The notes beneath the pieces were generated by a model. That model made no database searches. It was not told where the DNA came from and saw nothing but the letters and a program-made list of their open reading frames with translations. Shown here piece by piece: positions 13,513-27,124 of a stretch of DNA of 64,000 bases. Location of the stretch: NCBI RefSeq assembly GCF_001194135.2, contig NC_068997.1, positions 41,891,836 through 41,955,835 on the forward strand. The letters run 5' to 3'. Position numbers and translations under genes: made by a program. Origin of the DNA: Octopus bimaculoides (Eukaryota). The stretch's first letter is position 1, and every line of letters starts with the position of its first letter.

Positions 13513-13688
13513 TGCTTTAGCATTTAAATTCGTCATATCCAACCTCTCACACCTACCCTACAATGTCGTTATAAAAATAAACAATCACATCATCATAATC
13601 TTGAAGCTAAAAGATAATGCAAGGTTAATTCAAAACAATGTGAATAAAGAAGCATTACATTTGACAAAGTAATCTGGATGCTAAAGGG
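13513..13688. mobile_element. piggyBac-like MITE (subfamily 1)
   Basis: TTAA|tgctttagcattt ... gatgctaaaggg|ttga; homologous to 36565. Confidence 0.75.
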
Positions 13689-14124
13689 TTGAAGGCGCAG
13701 ACGTCTGAGAATTCTCAGCCACTTAATAAGTTATTAATTCAGATGACCAAACAGCTGAATCTTTATTGATCAAACAGACGTCCACTACATATGCATGTAC
13801 ATGTACGTTTGAGACAAGTTGATTTAATATAGCAACTCTTGCTATGTTTAACATAGATGCACGAATGGTTACAAAGCTTGCTTTACAATCACAAAGTCCT
13901 GAGTTAAATCCTACAGCATGGCTAAAGTAACAACACATTTTCTCATGTAACAGCATACTACAATTCCTGCTCCATCAAACACCTCAAAACAGAAAACTAT
14001 GTTGTCATTCTCCACACACACACACACACACACACACAATCTAGTCGATCAATATTCCTTACTCACTTATATGTTGTTTCCCTATTTAGTAAAATGCTAA
14101 TCATAGTTGTAAATATTGTTAATG

Positions 14125-14157
<33 letters not shown>

Positions 14158-14904
14158 GTGGAAAGTCAATCCCTTATTGTAACATCATATAAGATTTAGC
14201 GACCAAATAACTCCTATTTTTAAATGGATGATACAGGAAATGTTTAAGGAATGGTTCTCATCAAAAATATTTGAAAATAATTGACAAAGGCAGCTATAAA
14301 TATTAGAATAGAGAAAGAAACTGCAATGCTGAAAATACTAGCCAATGATCAAGATGCCGGAATCTGGGATTCAACCATCAGGTGACCTGTTTTAATCAAC
14401 TGTTGGAAAATCACTAAAATTCTCTATGACACAATGGTGCACTTGCCACAAAGACCAGGAGTTACAGAAGGATTAGTAAACACATTTATCCTATAATGTC
14501 ACATCAAAATCAAGTTAGAAATCAAATTACATAACATAACCGAGAGTTAACAATTTATGAGAGATACTTGATTTGGCGCAATGAATAAATCTGTTTTTAA
14601 ACATTGTTCTTTGCATATGGCTAACACAAGATCAACAACAAAAAAATATCAGATTAAGAGATTTGCAATTTGCAGAACATAAATAAATTATTGTTATATG
14701 TTCTCTGTTGGTAATGTCATGATTTATGATCCTCAAAACTTCCACTGTTAGTGTTTCTCCCCCACCCCTCAATAGAAACAATATTACATCAACCTTATAT
14801 GCTCTAATCCACTGCTTTTATCACCTCAAGAATCTATTTCATTCTATTTGAATGCATTGCCTCATTCCCGGTTATTCTAGTAAGACCCCATTTGTCTGTT
14901 GTGG

Positions 14905-15125
14905 GATGATTTCTTCAGCCAGATGCCCTTCCTAACACCAACCACTTTACAGAGTGTGCTGGGTGCTTTTTAAGTGCCACTGGCATGGGTGTGTTTACGC
15001 AGCACCAGCATGAGTGCCTTTTACATGGTTCCAGCACCTGTAAAGAACAGGCTTGTATGTATGGATGACTGCGATTTTACTTAGCTTGGTGTGTTTTCTC
15101 AAATACAGCAAATCACCACAATTCC
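14905..15125 (-). mobile_element. SINE family C fragment
   Basis: cagatgcccttcctaacaccaaccactttacagagtgtgctgggtgctttt. Confidence 0.7.
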
Positions 15126-15546
15126 CATCTCTCCCTTCCTTCTTATCATCACTTTTGTCAAGTAAGACATGAAAACTCTCATGCTTTATCCAAAGATAAG
15201 CAGAACCAGATATGAGATTTGAGCTTGTGACCCAGACAACAGACTAACATCTGATCCATCAGGCCACTGCAACTACTGAGATAATGAAATATCTTCAAAC
15301 AGTTGTAATTGCTCATTCAAATCCTACCAACTCAATAAACAACTTTCATAACAATTATTTCTCACTACAGGAATTTAATAACCAATCCCTTGTTTTCTAC
15401 TGTATGTACAACTTTAAAAGGTCTATTACTTATTAAACACAGAATATATAAANNNNNNNNNNNNNNNNNNNNNNNNNNNNNNNNNNNNNNNNNNNNNNNN
15501 NNNNNNNNNNNNNNNNNNNNNNNNNNNNNNNNNNNNNNNNNNNNNN

Positions 15547-15578
<32 letters not shown>

Positions 15579-15698
15579 ATAGAGACATTATTGATGTAGG
15601 CCAGATCTGATCAGGAAAATCTATGATCAATGACAGTCTATCCATGCCAGTCTTATTATTATCATTACTACTACTACTACTACTAAGGTAGCATGCTG

Positions 15699-16150
15699 GC
15701 ATAACTGTTAGCATGGCAGGTAAAATACTTAGTGACGTTTTATCTGTCTTTACATTGAGTTCAAATTCCATTTAGGTCAACTTTGCCTTTCCTCCTTTTA
15801 GGGTTGATAAAATAAATACCAGTTGAGCACTGGGGTAAACGCAATAAACTTACCCCTTATCCCTAAATTGCTGGCCTTGTGCCAATATTTGAAACTCGTA
15901 TTAAAGGTCATGAGCCAACAGGATCATTAGCACACTGAGTGAAATGCTTAACAGCATTTCATTTGTCCTTACATTCTGAGTTCAAATTCTACTGTGGTCA
16001 ACTTTGCCTTTCATCCTTTTGGGGTCAATAAAATAAATACCAGTCGAGCACTGAGGCTGATGTAATCAACTAACCCCACCACCACCACCACCACCACCAA
16101 AAAAAATTTCAAGCCCTGTGCCTATGATAAAAAGGATTATTATTATTATT
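15699..16150 (+). mobile_element. Two head-to-tail SINE family A copies
   Basis: Heads at ~15699 and ~15903, both with gagttcaaattc and gtcaactttgcctt; the second ends in (ATT)n. Confidence 0.85.
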
Positions 16151-16914
16151 AAAGGCCAGTTCTACCATCAGCTGATGGAAACCTGTCATTGGCAACCAGG
16201 TAATCCAGTTCTTCCTGCTCATGAGTGGTTGGTGACAGAAGTGCCCCCATCACTTCTCATTAACTTACCCCAGTGAAGAGTGTGTGCGACCATCAGGATT
16301 GAAAAACAAAACCAGTCAAAAGCAGATAACTTTCTTGAGAACCAACGATCATACATATCCTGAAAAGAAGATGGGCACTTCTAGGATTACCAATCTCAAT
16401 GCCATGCTTTAGTTGTACTCCTGACAGCTCAGGACTGCATAAAGGCCAAGACTGAGAATGCAAAAGATAGGTAAAATAAAATAATTCAGGAGTTACCCAA
16501 AGGCAGAAATGCTATGAGGATGCCTTGACTCCATATAAGGACCAGATAGGCCAAATCTTTCTTTCTATAAGATGGTGTGATTTTGATGGGGGGGGGTGAT
16601 GTAGTTTGCTGTTTCATGAAAAATCCATTCATTAGTCCTTTAAATTTGATATATTAAATCAACACATCTCATTCACACAAACACACACACACACACACAC
16701 AGATATGTGTAGTGGATCCCCAACATCTAACAATGAGTTCAATCAACTGAATTAACCTGTAAGTGGTTGAGCATTCCTCAGCTATGTGCACCTTTAAAAC
16801 AATTCTAGGCAGAATCAGCCCAACATATTTGGAAGACAGTGGGGTGTGGGTTTTTTTTTTGAATGATTTGGTCAAATGGCGCAAGGGGTTTCCTCAATGG
16901 AACATTGGAGTGAA

Positions 16915-17880
16915 GCCATCATCATCATCATCAACCTTCTTTAACATCTTCCTTCCATGCTGGCATGGATTGGACAGTTTGACAGGAACTGGCCAGGCAG
17001 GAGCCTGCACCATGAATTTGTGTGTTTTGGCAGGGTTTTTATGGGTGGATGTCCTTCCTAACACCAACCACTTTGTAGAGTGGGCTGAGTGCTTTTTATT
17101 ACGTGACACTTGCACAGGTGAAGTTAATTTTGGCATGGCTTTTACAGCTGGATGCCCTTCCAAATGCCAACCACTTTACAGTGTGGACTGGGTGCTTTTT
17201 AAGTGGTACCTTCACTGGCAGGGTCACCAAGTAACTTTGCAAGACAAGAAATTTTTGAGTGGGGAGGGGGCATTGGAGGAAGTGATCTTGTGTCGGATGA
17301 TGAAAGGTTAGAGCATGACAGAGAATCATCATCATCATCATTTAATGTCTATTGTCCATGCTGGCATGGGTTGAACGATTTGAGCAGGACTGGCAAGCTG
17401 TAAGGCTGCACCAGACTCCAGTCTGATTTGGCATGGTTTCTACGGCTGGATGCCATTCCTAACACCAACAACTCCAAGAGTGTAATGAGTGCNNNNNNNN
17501 NNTCCAGTCTGATTTGGCATGGTTTCTACGGCTGGATGCCATTCCTAACACCAACAACTCCAAGAGTGTAATGAGTGCTTTTATGTGTCACTAGCATGGG
17601 TGCCATTTGCGTGACACCAGTATCTGCCACAACTGCGGTTTTACTTGGCTTGATGGGTCTTCTTCTCAAGCACAGCATAATGTCAATGGTCTTGGTCATT
17701 CATCATTGCCTCCATGAGGGCCAACACTTGTAAGGTGCTTTTCAGGTGCCACCAGCATCAGCCACCTCGCTTCTGTGAGACCCAATGCCTGAAAGATGCT
17801 TCTGACATGCCACCAACACAGGTGCTAGTTACATGACACCAGCATAGGCCACGACTATGATTTCACTTGGCTTAATGGGT
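16915..17880 (-). mobile_element. Two tandem SINE family C copies
   Basis: (CAT)n tails at ~16918 and ~17325; the second is interrupted by a 10-N gap. Confidence 0.8.
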
Positions 17881-18859
17881 CAGTAAAAATATCTTCTATT
17901 ATCATTTTGTTCCACACTAATTCGTGTTACATTCCCAGGTGCTTTGGTTTCAAACCATCTATGAAAGCTAGTTAAGTACATATCGTTACACTGTACTTTA
18001 GACAATCAATGCTAGACATCGTTTATAAACAAATCTTTGTGCAAATCATCACGTTACATTAAGAGGCATTAATGAAGTCAGTAGTTATTTATATGAAGTT
18101 AATGATAATTCAGAAAAGATAAATATTCAAATATCACATATATTTTGATACAATTACCATATCCACTTTCTATCCTACTTAAAATAGAACTGATATTAGA
18201 TATTAAAATTTTTTGTGGTAGTTTTCTAGTTCATTCATTTTTTATATTAAAACAAGGAATTACTACAAATTTCTCAAGCTTTTAAATATTTCGTAGAATT
18301 TCACAGAATTATAAATTTAGTGACACACAATCAAAAGTTTTGTGAAATGTTCTTGATAACAAATTATCTGTCATGTTTCAAATACATAATTGATAAGAAT
18401 CGCTCATGCAACTAGTAAACCTACATTATGGCCAGTATTCAGTGTAGCCTCTTGTTACAAGTAATGTGACATGAAAATTAATGAAAGAAGATAACTTATA
18501 AACACAACACACACACACATACACACACGAATTACTTCAGTAACAAAAAAAAAAAAATAATAATAAAAAACGGAACTATTTCCCAGATGCTGTATTTTCA
18601 AACTGATAGTGTCCTAAATCAGCTTTACGAGCGCTCAGACTTCAAACTTTAAGCCAAATAAACAACACTGAACAAAGTTAACCTACTTTAATGATACAGT
18701 GGGTAAATCAGTACTTCATTACAAAACTATAGGCCTTTACATATAAATATTTAAAGCATTGTAGATAGTAACAAATTTTCCACTACACAAGAGTCTGAAA
18801 TTCACTACTTAACACATATTGCTGCTAAAAGAACTTCCTTCTCTTTTAATATTATATAT

Positions 18860-19300
18860 TTCCATACAAAAGGTATGTCAGCTAGCTAGATGGTAAACAG
18901 TAGATAAACAGACTTGGTTTTATGCTTTAGCAAAAGTTTGCAGATCTCTTTCAGTATTGGTGAGAAACTGAAATTACTCAGAAACAGCCTCAATAAATCT
19001 TTGGTTTAAACAGCCATCCTTAATATTATCTAAGAAAATCTGATATCAATAAAAAATATTAATTTTTCCAAGATTCTGGAAACAGTTCCTCCTTGAGCAA
19101 CAAGAAGAATGCGGGAAAAAAATATATATCACTGACAAAAATTATAACCAATATCAGTATAATATCAAATCAATTCAAAAGTTGATCAGTCAATTGATTT
19201 CTCTCTACTTCATGTAGTTGCCAAGATTCTATGATCCAGACGGTATAAGTTCAATTTCTGTCCAGTTCTCCTAAACTACAAGTCTTCATTCTAGTTTGTT
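18860..19300 (-). pseudogene. Possible hAT (Buster/Charlie-like) transposase remnant
   Basis: Weak motifs YYTDI, FFLLLKEEL and LADI in the order expected for YHTEVRW / RFFELREE / LAYLADIF; highly decayed. Confidence 0.25.
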
Positions 19301-19324
19301 TACACTACACACTCTTAATAAATA

Positions 19325-21220
19325 TGTAGGTGATTCAACCAATTCCCAGCAATAGGATGCCAAGAAGTAAACCAATCTGGAAAAGAAGGATTTGGAAACT
19401 TAGGGACATCCTAATTGAGAAATCTGATGAAAGGGAGGAGGAGCTACAGATTTGTGACATAGAGGGCAACTGGGAATTCCTGGGGGGACAGCTTACTGAG
19501 TGCCAGAGACCAAATTTGTGGCTGGTGCAAATTCCCATCCAGACCTAGGGTAAAGAGGTGGTGGAATGATGCGGTAGACAGGGCCATTAGAGCTAACAAA
19601 GAGGCCTGGAAGAATGGGGGTAGCAGGGAACTGTATCAAAGGGATGCTAGGAGACGAAGTGTATCTAGCCAAGGGAAAAGCAGAAAAGAAGTTCAGCGAC
19701 ATGAGGACCAAAGAACTGAAGTGTTTCGGATTGCAAGACAATGTGTGAAAGAAAATCGTGATATCATAGGAGAGAAATGTGTCCATATGAATGATGGTGC
19801 ACTTACATGTAATGATTCTGCAAAGAAAGAGGCCTGGAAATGCCATCATGAAAGACTGCTGAACGTAGAGAATGAATGGGAGGAGGAGAGTCTGCCAAAT
19901 GTTGATCCAATTGAGGGATCGCCTACCCAAATTGACAGTTCCTTGGTAGATAAAGCAATTAAGGATATGAAGACAGGAAAAGCCCCTGGCCCATCGGGAA
20001 CCACCACTGAGATGCTTAAAATATCTGGCAGTGTGGATTATCGTCTAGTCACTCATATTGTAAATCAGATGGTTCACAAAGGAGTCATACCCAATGACTG
20101 GTGTAGTAGCACCATAGTCAACTGCTGCAAAGGTGAAGGTGATGCCTTAGATACAAATAATTAGAGGTACCAAATTGCTAGATCAAGTGATGAAAATTAT
20201 GTAGAGAGTCATAGCCCAACTAATTAGGGGGAGAGTTAGCTTAGATGAGATGCAGTTTGGTTTTGTGCCAGGGAGAAGCACCACTGATGCTATATTTCTA
20301 GTAGAGCAGCTGCAGGAGAAATACATAGCCAAAGATAAACCTCTGTACTTGGCCTTTATTGACTTGGAGAAAGCCTTTAACAGAGTCTCCTGATCCCTTA
20401 TCTGGTGATCAATGTGGAAACTGAACTGTACAAGCTATGTATAGGGATGCAACAGTAAGGTGAGGATTGGCAATGAGTACAGCAAAACATTCAGGATACA
20501 AGTAGTGGTTCACCATGGATCGGTGCTCAGTCCTCTCTTGTTTATCGTAGTCTTCTTGGCAATAACAGAAGAATTCAAGACAAGCTGCCCCTAGGAGCTC
20601 CTCTATGCTGATGACATTGCTCTTATAGCTAAATCACTACCTGAACTAGAATAGAAGTTCCAGGTATGGAAGCAATGTCTAGAATCAAAGGGCCTTAGAG
20701 TTAACCTAGCAAAAACCAAAGTCTCAGTAAGCAGGAAGGCAGACAAATCACAAATCCTTTCAAGTAGATGGTCCTGTTTGACCTGTAGAAAAGGTGTAAG
20801 TAGAAACTCCATAAGATGCACTCAACGTAAGTTTGGACACACAAAAGATGCAGCAATATCAGAGGAAGGTTAACAGGGAAACTAGCTTTTGTATGTGGAA
20901 GATGTACAGGTACAATAAATGCTGAAAATGTGCAGAAAATAGACTCCATCAACTGCCGGGGGGGGGGGGGGGAACTAGAGGTAGTGGATTGTGAGAATAA
21001 GATTAGGCTGGGCAAAGTTCAGATAACTCCTACCCCTGCTAGCAACAAAGGGCCACCTCTCTCAGAGTGAAAGGCAGATTGCTTGATGCCTGTGTGAAAA
21101 CAGCTATGTTGCATGGTAGTGAAACACGGGCTGTGACAGTCAAAGACATGCGTAGGCTTGGAAGGAATGAAGCCAGTATGTTTTGCTGGATGTGCAATGT
21201 CAGTGTGCATGTTGGGCTCC
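19325..21220 (+). mobile_element. RTE-clade LINE, decayed RT-containing fragment
   Basis: KTGKAPGPSG, IPNDWCSSTIVNC.KG.GDAL, DEMQFGFVPGRSTTDAIFLV.QLQEKY, AFIDLEKAF, HHGSVLSPLLF, LYADD, VNLAKTK, then a Cys-rich finger and MLHGSETRAV; many stops. Confidence 0.93.
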
Positions 21221-21289
21221 ATGGAGGCAAAGAGTTATTTTTGAGTGTTGGGAGGCAAAATGGCTGAGTTCCTTTCAAGTATTGGGCTT

Positions 21290-21650
21290 CACGGAGGCAA
21301 TGACCAAGACCTTTGGTATTATGTTGTACTTGAGAAGAAGACCCATCAAGCCAAGCAAAATTGCAGTCATGGCAGATGCCGGTGTCATGCAAATTGCACT
21401 CATGCCATTGGCACATAAAAGCATCCCGGTGTCATGCAAATGACACCTATGCTGGTAGCACATAAAATCACCCATTACACTCTCGGAGTGGTTGGTATTA
21501 GGAAGGGCATCCAGCCATAGAAAACCATGCCAAATCAGATTGGAGTCAAGTGCAGCCTTCCAGCATACCAGCCCAGTCAAACCGTCCAACATGCCAGCAT
21601 GGACAACAGACATTAAATGATGATGAAGATGGTGATGATGATGATCATCA
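21290..21650 (+). mobile_element. SINE family C
   Basis: gagtggttggtattaggaagggcatccagc...aaccgtccaacatgccagcatgg...aaatgatgatg. Confidence 0.85.
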
Positions 21651-21654
21651 TCAT

Positions 21655-21707
<53 letters not shown>

Positions 21708-21747
21708 TGAAACAGAGCTATTAAACCAAGGAATGACCTAAACTAAA

Positions 21748-21893
21748 TAATCCTTTCCATTAAAAGCAGAAGACCTGAAATTTAGGGGAGGGGACTGATT
21801 ACATTGACCCTGGAAGTACGAAAGCAAAGTTGACAGGCGAACTACCACTAAGCATTTCTTCCAGTGTGCTAACGATTCTACCAGCTCACCACC
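21748..21893 (-). mobile_element. SINE family A, internally deleted
   Basis: Tail and head of family A on the minus strand. Confidence 0.75.
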
Positions 21894-23039
21894 TACACTA
21901 AATAATAACAACACTTTATTTTCACCACTGTTCCACACCAGTAGTTTTCATTGTGACTCCATGCTGATGCTTGCAAAATCTATGTATTTGCTTTATCTGC
22001 TAGATGTAGCAACCAAAAATTCCTCAACACCTCAAACTATCATCTTTTAATTAAGGATCACAAGTTTCAAGTCCCAAGTATCAGGACAGGTTGCCTCACT
22101 ATAAAGACAGAGTGAGTGCAACTAAATACCCCATCAAACACTTTGTTCAAACAACTCAGTTAATTGTCATAGACTTACTACCTTCATCTTCTCTCTCTTC
22201 TGCAAACAGTACTTAAAATATCTTGTATCTTACCTACTGCCATTGCTTTTCTAACACATCCAACCTGAACCAAAGTTTATATGTCAAAATGTCCAGCCAA
22301 TCACATCCTTTTTATCTGCTTTCTTGTCATATAATTAGTGACCCGATTCCCTAGGGCTTTCTGTTAAGCAAAGGTGTAGCTGTGCGGTTTAAAAGTGCAT
22401 TTTACAACAACACAGTTCTAAATTTGATCGTACAGTGCAGCACCTTGAGCAAGTGACCTCTACTGTAAATGAAAGGGGACAGGCATTTGTTCTTGGATGA
22501 CAGATTTGATCCAGCCCCTGATTTAAGATGATAACATAGTCCTTGGGTACCTTTAGTGAGGTCTACTCTGTTACAATAATTTAGACCAGGTATCTGATCT
22601 GTGGATAATGATATATTGTTGCACTCTTTCCTACTGCAGCAAACTATGAGTGGTGGTTCTGTCTCTCTCTTTACCTCAACAGTTTCCAAGGCCCTGCAAA
22701 GATCATGAATACTGCCCCTCCTCACTGACTAAGCCATAACAATAGAAATAAATGATTCACTGTTCATAACATAATATAATAATATCTCATCATTATACAT
22801 CATCATATGACATGTTCTGAAAACATTGATCTGATGACAAATACCAAAAATAATGGAGAACCTTTTGAATTAAATACAAATCCAAATACACACTTTATTT
22901 ATTTCAAGCATCAAATATTTCTCATCAGCTCCATTCATCAGAGTGACCAATCCCACAGAGTTAAAAACAGAACGAAAAAAATCACCAGGGATGAGAAGAT
23001 GCATTTAACAAAAAAAATCAGCCTAGATGAGATGCAGAT

Positions 23040-24262
23040 CAGATTTGCACCAGTGGTACTATTCTATTCACAATGAAACAATTGCAAGAGAAATTTTCAA
23101 CTAAAAATATACACCTCTACCTAGCATTTGTTAATCTGAAGAAGGCTTTGATAGGGCAGAATCTGTAGTCTGGTGGTCTTTAAGAAATCTAGGTGTAGAT
23201 GAATGGTATGTGAGAGTAGTGCAAACCATGTATACAGGGATGCAATAAGCCAAGGTCTGGCACTCAGTTTCCTTCTATTTATTACAGTTCTCCAAGGAAT
23301 AACAGAAGAGTTTAAAACCAGTTGGAACTCGTGTTATGCTGACAACTTGGGTCTTATAGCAGAATTTGTGAAAGACTTCAGAAATTCAGCAAAAGCTAAA
23401 ACTGAGAGGCCTCACTGAAAGTAGAAAAGGAGACACAACTCTAATGCTATCAAGGAAAAGGCCGTGCTCACTTTGCAAAAGAGTAGGTAGGAACTCTGTA
23501 GGAACTCTACATACTTTACACAATGTGAAATATGGCTGCACACGAAAAGTACTGGAAGCATAGGAAATTTGATGGTGAATAAAGATTTTCTATGTGGCAG
23601 ATGTACAAGAGTAGTAAAAAGCCAGAGCAATAGCAAAATAAAGTCCTTTCAATACTTGGAAGACTACAGCTTCTGTTATCTGAGTAACTTTATCAACAGT
23701 GGAGGAGGATGCTCCGAATGTGTAGTAACCAGAATAAGGACAGCAAAAGAAGTTCAGGGAGCAATTATCTCAGCTGGCAATAAGGGGATTCACCCTTCAA
23801 GCAAATGGTAGATGGTATGATGTTGCATGGTTGTGAAGCATGAGCACTGACCATAGAGGATGTGTGGAAAGCTGGAGAGAAATGAAGCAAGCATCCACTG
23901 CTGGATGTGTAATGTTAATATGCATGAGGGACATGGTACAGACGAGCTGAGAGAAATACTAGGTACAATAGGAAATCAACTGTAGTATGTAAGAATGAAG
24001 ATTGCATTAGGACAGACATGTGATGCATACGGAGAATAACAGATGAATAAAGAAGTGCAGGTATATCTAAGTGGAAGGAAACTATGGAAGAGAAAGAGCT
24101 AAGAAGATCCACGAAGACATGAGCAGAATTGATAAAAGCTAATCTCATGATGTTGAACCTCACAAAGGAGATGACAAAGGAATAGAACAAATAACAAAAC
24201 GCTGTGTTGGAAATGACCTAAATAACGCATGGAAAAGTAGACATGAAAATGATGATGAGATG
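23040..24262 (+). mobile_element. RTE LINE, older and heavily deleted 3' fragment with tail
   Basis: LDEMQ..FAP, AFVNLKKAFDRA, VVWWSLRNLGVDEW, YADNLGLIAE, Cys finger, SFCYLSNFINSGGGCSEC; ends gcatggaaaagtagacatgaaaatgatgatgag. Confidence 0.85.
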
Positions 24263-24698
24263 AAATCCATAACTTGAATGAAATGTATAACCACAAACAG
24301 GAAAAGAAAGCAGAATGGATACTTTGATTGACAAGAAGCTTGCTTCATCTCTGCAATACTGAGGACACTGTTTCAATAATGTTTTGTTTTCATTTCTCAA
24401 AATAAGATAGGGTTTTAGATATCCAGTACATCACTCAACTAATTCCTATTAAATACATCTTAGCTAACCTCATCTACTGTTCTTATTTCAGTAGCATACA
24501 TCAGTTGTTGATTATTTTTATTTTTTATCTTCATTTTTCTATATTGGCAAGAATAGAGATACATTTTGGACGCATGTATGCTGCTGGAGCAACTGTTTCG
24601 GTGCTTGGTGCTCTTCCTGCTGCAAGACACTCAGCTATGAAATAAGAAAGGATCCTTGTCTGTCAGACAAACAAACTGAGACATGAAAAATTACTTAC

Positions 24699-24820
24699 AA
24701 TGCCCAGGGGCACTCCACCAAAGCAGTAACTAAGTTTGAACTTATCCTATGTGACCAGTTGTCTATATTACCTCAAGCCTACTACAACCATTGTTACCAA
24801 TTGTTACATAAACTACACTG
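24699..24820 (-). other. Candidate cassette (non-coding/poison) exon within FoxK intron 1
   Basis: Acceptor TTAAC...T11CTTTTTACATATTTCTGCAG|CAG and donor CATT|GTAAGTAA; 122 nt; stops in all three frames. Confidence 0.3.
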
Positions 24821-25639
24821 CTGCAGAAATATGTAAAAAGAAAAAAAAAAAGGTTTCATTTAGTTAAAAGCCAAAAGAGTGTGAAATAACTTTGTTCTTT
24901 TGCATCTTAAAAGAGATGAGAAAGAACAGATGCCTGAGTGAGTTTGGTTATTAAATAATCTTGGCACCACTTCATTTTTCAATTCATTTAAAATATAAAC
25001 AAAACAAATTGTTCAGCATTCTCTTGGAAATTTTTTTTTTAATAAAAAAAACAACTATATAAAACTATATNNNNNNNNNNNNNNNNNNNNNNNNNNNNNN
25101 NNNNNNNNNNNNNNNNNNNNNNNNNNNNNNNNNNNNNNNNNNNNNNNNNNNNNNNATATATATATATATATATATATAATAATTCTTTAAGACTAGAGAT
25201 ATTAAAGCCAACCAAGATACACTGACAAAAATAGACTATTATAAAAGCAAAGAAGACTACTGAAATACATTGTTTACTAACACCAGCTGTAATAATATAA
25301 AATATCAACTATGATGAAATGTTAAACTACGCAAACCAGAACAAATTACTCTGCTTAGAAACAGAGACATTAGCAACTGAGAGATGAGACTGCAATCAGG
25401 TTTTACGACATCAGCCAAAATAACAAAACAGAATACCAGTTCACATGTGATTACTGAAAATGAAACTGCAATCTCCAATATCCCTCAACTCCCTATCTTT
25501 TGTCTACAACTGAAAACACTCTGATCAGTTTCTTAATTACAGTTCAGTATAGTAATTGTTCCACATCAAAGCAGACACAACAGTAAAAACTACAGATGAT
25601 ACCATTGGCACACAACTGTCGACAAGCCAACAAGGGAGT

Positions 25640-26150
25640 AATTACAAAGTCTCTCCTTCAGCTGTTAGAAATAGCAGCCAAAGTTCCCGCAACCCATAGC
25701 CTACTTGTCTTAAAAAAGAGTATATTTGGTATCATCCAAAATAGACTACTTCTGCAAAATAAAATAAATAAATAAAACAGGATGCCCATATCTTGAATGA
25801 TGGAGATTGACCAGAGCCAGTCTTCAGGAGAACACTCGGAATCATCACATACTGCAAGCACCCCTGCCGTCCATTCTTTATGGGGTATAGCTGTTCTGAA
25901 ACTGACAAATACCAACCCACAAAAAAGTAAAATTAGTGAAACACGTCCCCCCTCAAACCTTCTTTAGTAAAAGACAAAATAATATTTGCCTCTGTAAGGT
26001 GGTTTGTATTAGGAAGGGCATGCAGTCATAAAAACCCTGCTAGAACAAGCAGTGAAGCCTGGTGCAGGCTTCTACCTAGCCAACCCCTGTCAAACTGTCC
26101 AACCCATGCCAGCATAAAAAACAGATATTAAACGATGACGATGACGAGAT
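25640..26150. mobile_element. SINE-like repeat fragment followed by a family C 3' end
   Basis: ctgttagaaatagcagccaaa motif recurs at ~34890, 36940, 47780 and 53100; family C tail at ~25995-26146. Confidence 0.55.
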
Positions 26151-27124
26151 TAAAAAGTTCAAAACTATCTTATTAAAATCATCAATTTGTCTGCTCCCTT
26201 TTTAATCCTCACATCTCCACACCCACCCCATGAGAAACAATGATATGGCAAACACTGAAGATGTATGAGCTGAGATAACTAAATCCTTCACCAGGGGTTG
26301 CCAACAGTTGAATACAGTTACAAAGCATTAATGGGACAATTACATGGCTTATGCTTCTCTTTCAATGTATTCATGTTATTGTAGTTCTAGAAGTTTAGAA
26401 ATTGTTCTTATTTCTATTTCTATTTTGATGCAGAAACTTTATACTCATTGTGGGAAATTATGATTATATTGATATTTTCAATTATATTCCATAGTTAAGG
26501 TTATTAAAAGTATAACTTTTAGACATTTGTTAAAAGATTTCGACTGCCTTCAATGAAACACTAACACATACCATGACAAGCAGAACACTGTAACATGTTA
26601 GTACTGCTTCTATTATTATCATCATCATCTAATGCTTGCATGGGTCAGACAGAATTTGTTGAGGCAGATTTTCAATGACACGATGCCCTTGCTTATTGTC
26701 AGCCCTCACCTGTAAGGTGACATTTCCCCTTGGCTAGACAGGTCTTCCAAGGAAGAATGGAAAATAAACAATGCTGTTTGTATGATAGTGATGCTCATTT
26801 ACAATGATCATGTAATGCCAAGACACCTGGAAACAGATGAGGGATGATGACAGGAAGGGCATCTGACTGTAAAGAATCTGAAAATATAGACATTAAATGA
26901 TGAAGTTTCCTTTCTTTTTTTCTTTCATTCATAATCTACCTCCCCATTATCTCCTCACCTCTCACCACACACACACTGACATCATTCACAAATTTCTCTC
27001 GTGTGCTATCCCTAGAATTCTTTGCATTACTCACTCATCCTCGATACCCTCTTTCATTTCACCACATTTCCTCTCTAATTCAACAGGGATAGATTGTTCT
27101 CATTCCATTCACTTTATTATCTTT

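Noticed and set aside
17417-17578. Exact 76-bp direct repeat on both sides of a 10-N gap
   Set aside because: Typical unmerged contig-overlap artefact inside a SINE.
20957-20972. Poly-G tracts (also ~32160 and ~33202) as G-quadruplex elements
   Set aside because: Homopolymer expansions within TEs or at gap edges; no evidence of function.
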